Positions 44,032-44,400 of a DNA stretch of 44,400 nucleotides are shown in pieces (the first letter of the stretch is position 1; the number at the start of each line of letters is the position of its first letter). Origin of the DNA: Actinomycetota bacterium (GTDB taxonomy: Bacteria; Actinomycetota; Actinomycetes; S36-B12; UBA5976); assembly GCA_017853815.1 (NCBI GenBank), contig JAFMIT010000002.1, forward strand, positions 1 through 44,400, written 5' to 3'. The translations under genes and the position numbers were made by a program. The notes beneath the pieces were generated by a model, which was not told where the DNA came from, searched no databases, and saw only the letters and a program-made list of their open reading frames with translations.

Positions 44032-44400
44032 TGAGTTACTCCTGCAGCGACTGAGACACGTCCGGAATCGAGAACGCCCACTTGGCCAGCATCTCGAAGT
44101 TTTTGAATATGAGCTTCGTACTCAGCACGGGTGACGACATGAACATCGAAGAGCATGCGAGCATGGTCAGCTCCACACAATTCGGTGCACTTGCCGGCGT
44201 ACACGCCGAGTTTGTTCGGAGTTGATTCAAACTTGTTCAAACGGCCAGGGATGACGTCCATCTTGTGAAGGAACGCTGGCACCCAGAAAGAGTGAATGAC
44301 ATCTGGCGACGTGAGTTCAAATCGCACGGTCTCGTTGACGGGCAGATACAACGCTGGTCGCTCGCCCGGAGTGCCGACTTCGTAAACACCTTCATCTAAG
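44028..44400 (-). CDS. ctaC: Cytochrome c oxidase subunit II, C-terminal CuA domain only; the N-terminus lies beyond the window edge
   Basis: DVIHSFWVP and the CuA motif [12 protein letters not shown]. The frame stays open upstream of the ORF-track start to the window end ([17 protein letters not shown]...). Confidence 0.9.
   Translation of the reverse strand, partial: LDEGVYEVGTPGERPALYLPVNETVRFELTSPDVIHSFWVPAFLHKMDVIPGRLNKFESTPNKLGVYAGKCTELCGADHARMLFDVHVVTRAEYEAHIQKLRDAGQVGVLDSGRVSVAAGVTQ

Noticed and set aside
1-44400. A genomic island, defence system or biosynthetic cluster anywhere in the window
   Set aside because: I found no integrase, transposase, tRNA target, direct-repeat boundaries, restriction/abortive-infection-type domains or core biosynthetic enzymes. 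Gene order follows conserved actinobacterial core synteny throughout.

Overview
The window is a gene-dense stretch of actinobacterial core chromosome, Micrococcales/Microbacteriaceae-like. GC looks moderate (mid-50s % by eye, not computed) and spacers are very short. I count about 45 CDS. I see no rRNA, tRNA, CRISPR array, transposase, integrase or phage hallmarks.

Two conserved syntenic blocks are joined.

(1) The principal-sigma neighbourhood:
- partial IMPase (suhB-like), sepH, tdk, an AlkP-family protein, a GNAT
- psuG-psuK
- a topo IV-like parC ... parE pair bracketing a sucrase/ferredoxin-like protein, a ferredoxin-NADP reductase and a beta-carbonic anhydrase
- a small Cys/His protein and the housekeeping sigma factor
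- a DMT transporter, a secreted Cys-rich protein, DUF4192, a VOC protein and a split lycopene cyclase pair

(2) A block whose order, from my memory of the gene map, closely follows M. tuberculosis Rv2176-Rv2200c:
- PASTA Ser/Thr kinase, ogt, class II DAHP synthase, PPi-dependent PFK, plsC, ROK glucokinase, a SRPBCC protein, a fadD15-like ligase
- a RipC-like NlpC/P60 hydrolase, a DEDD-exonuclease/GIY-YIG fusion, trpD
- a ctaG-like gene, ctaE-qcrCAB, an acyltransferase-3 gene, and ctaF-ctaD-ctaC (ctaC is partial)

All product calls rest on motif recognition and remembered synteny. No database search was possible.

I did not find a convincing self-contained novel system; there is no defence island, BGC or mobile-element signature. 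The most unusual observations are:
(a) The housekeeping sigma factor carries an extra segment between regions 1.2 and 2.1. It holds the protein's only four cysteines, arranged CxxC-x21-CxxC.
(b) A TANNNT hexamer recurs 5-8 nt (mostly exactly 6 nt) upstream of at least 15 start codons. This implies widespread leaderless transcription and lets several ORF-track starts be corrected.
(c) An orphan, atypical receiver-domain gene sits inside a ctaG-like/X/trpD operon.
(d) Several small Cys4 proteins, short repeats and palindromes are not explained by the annotation.
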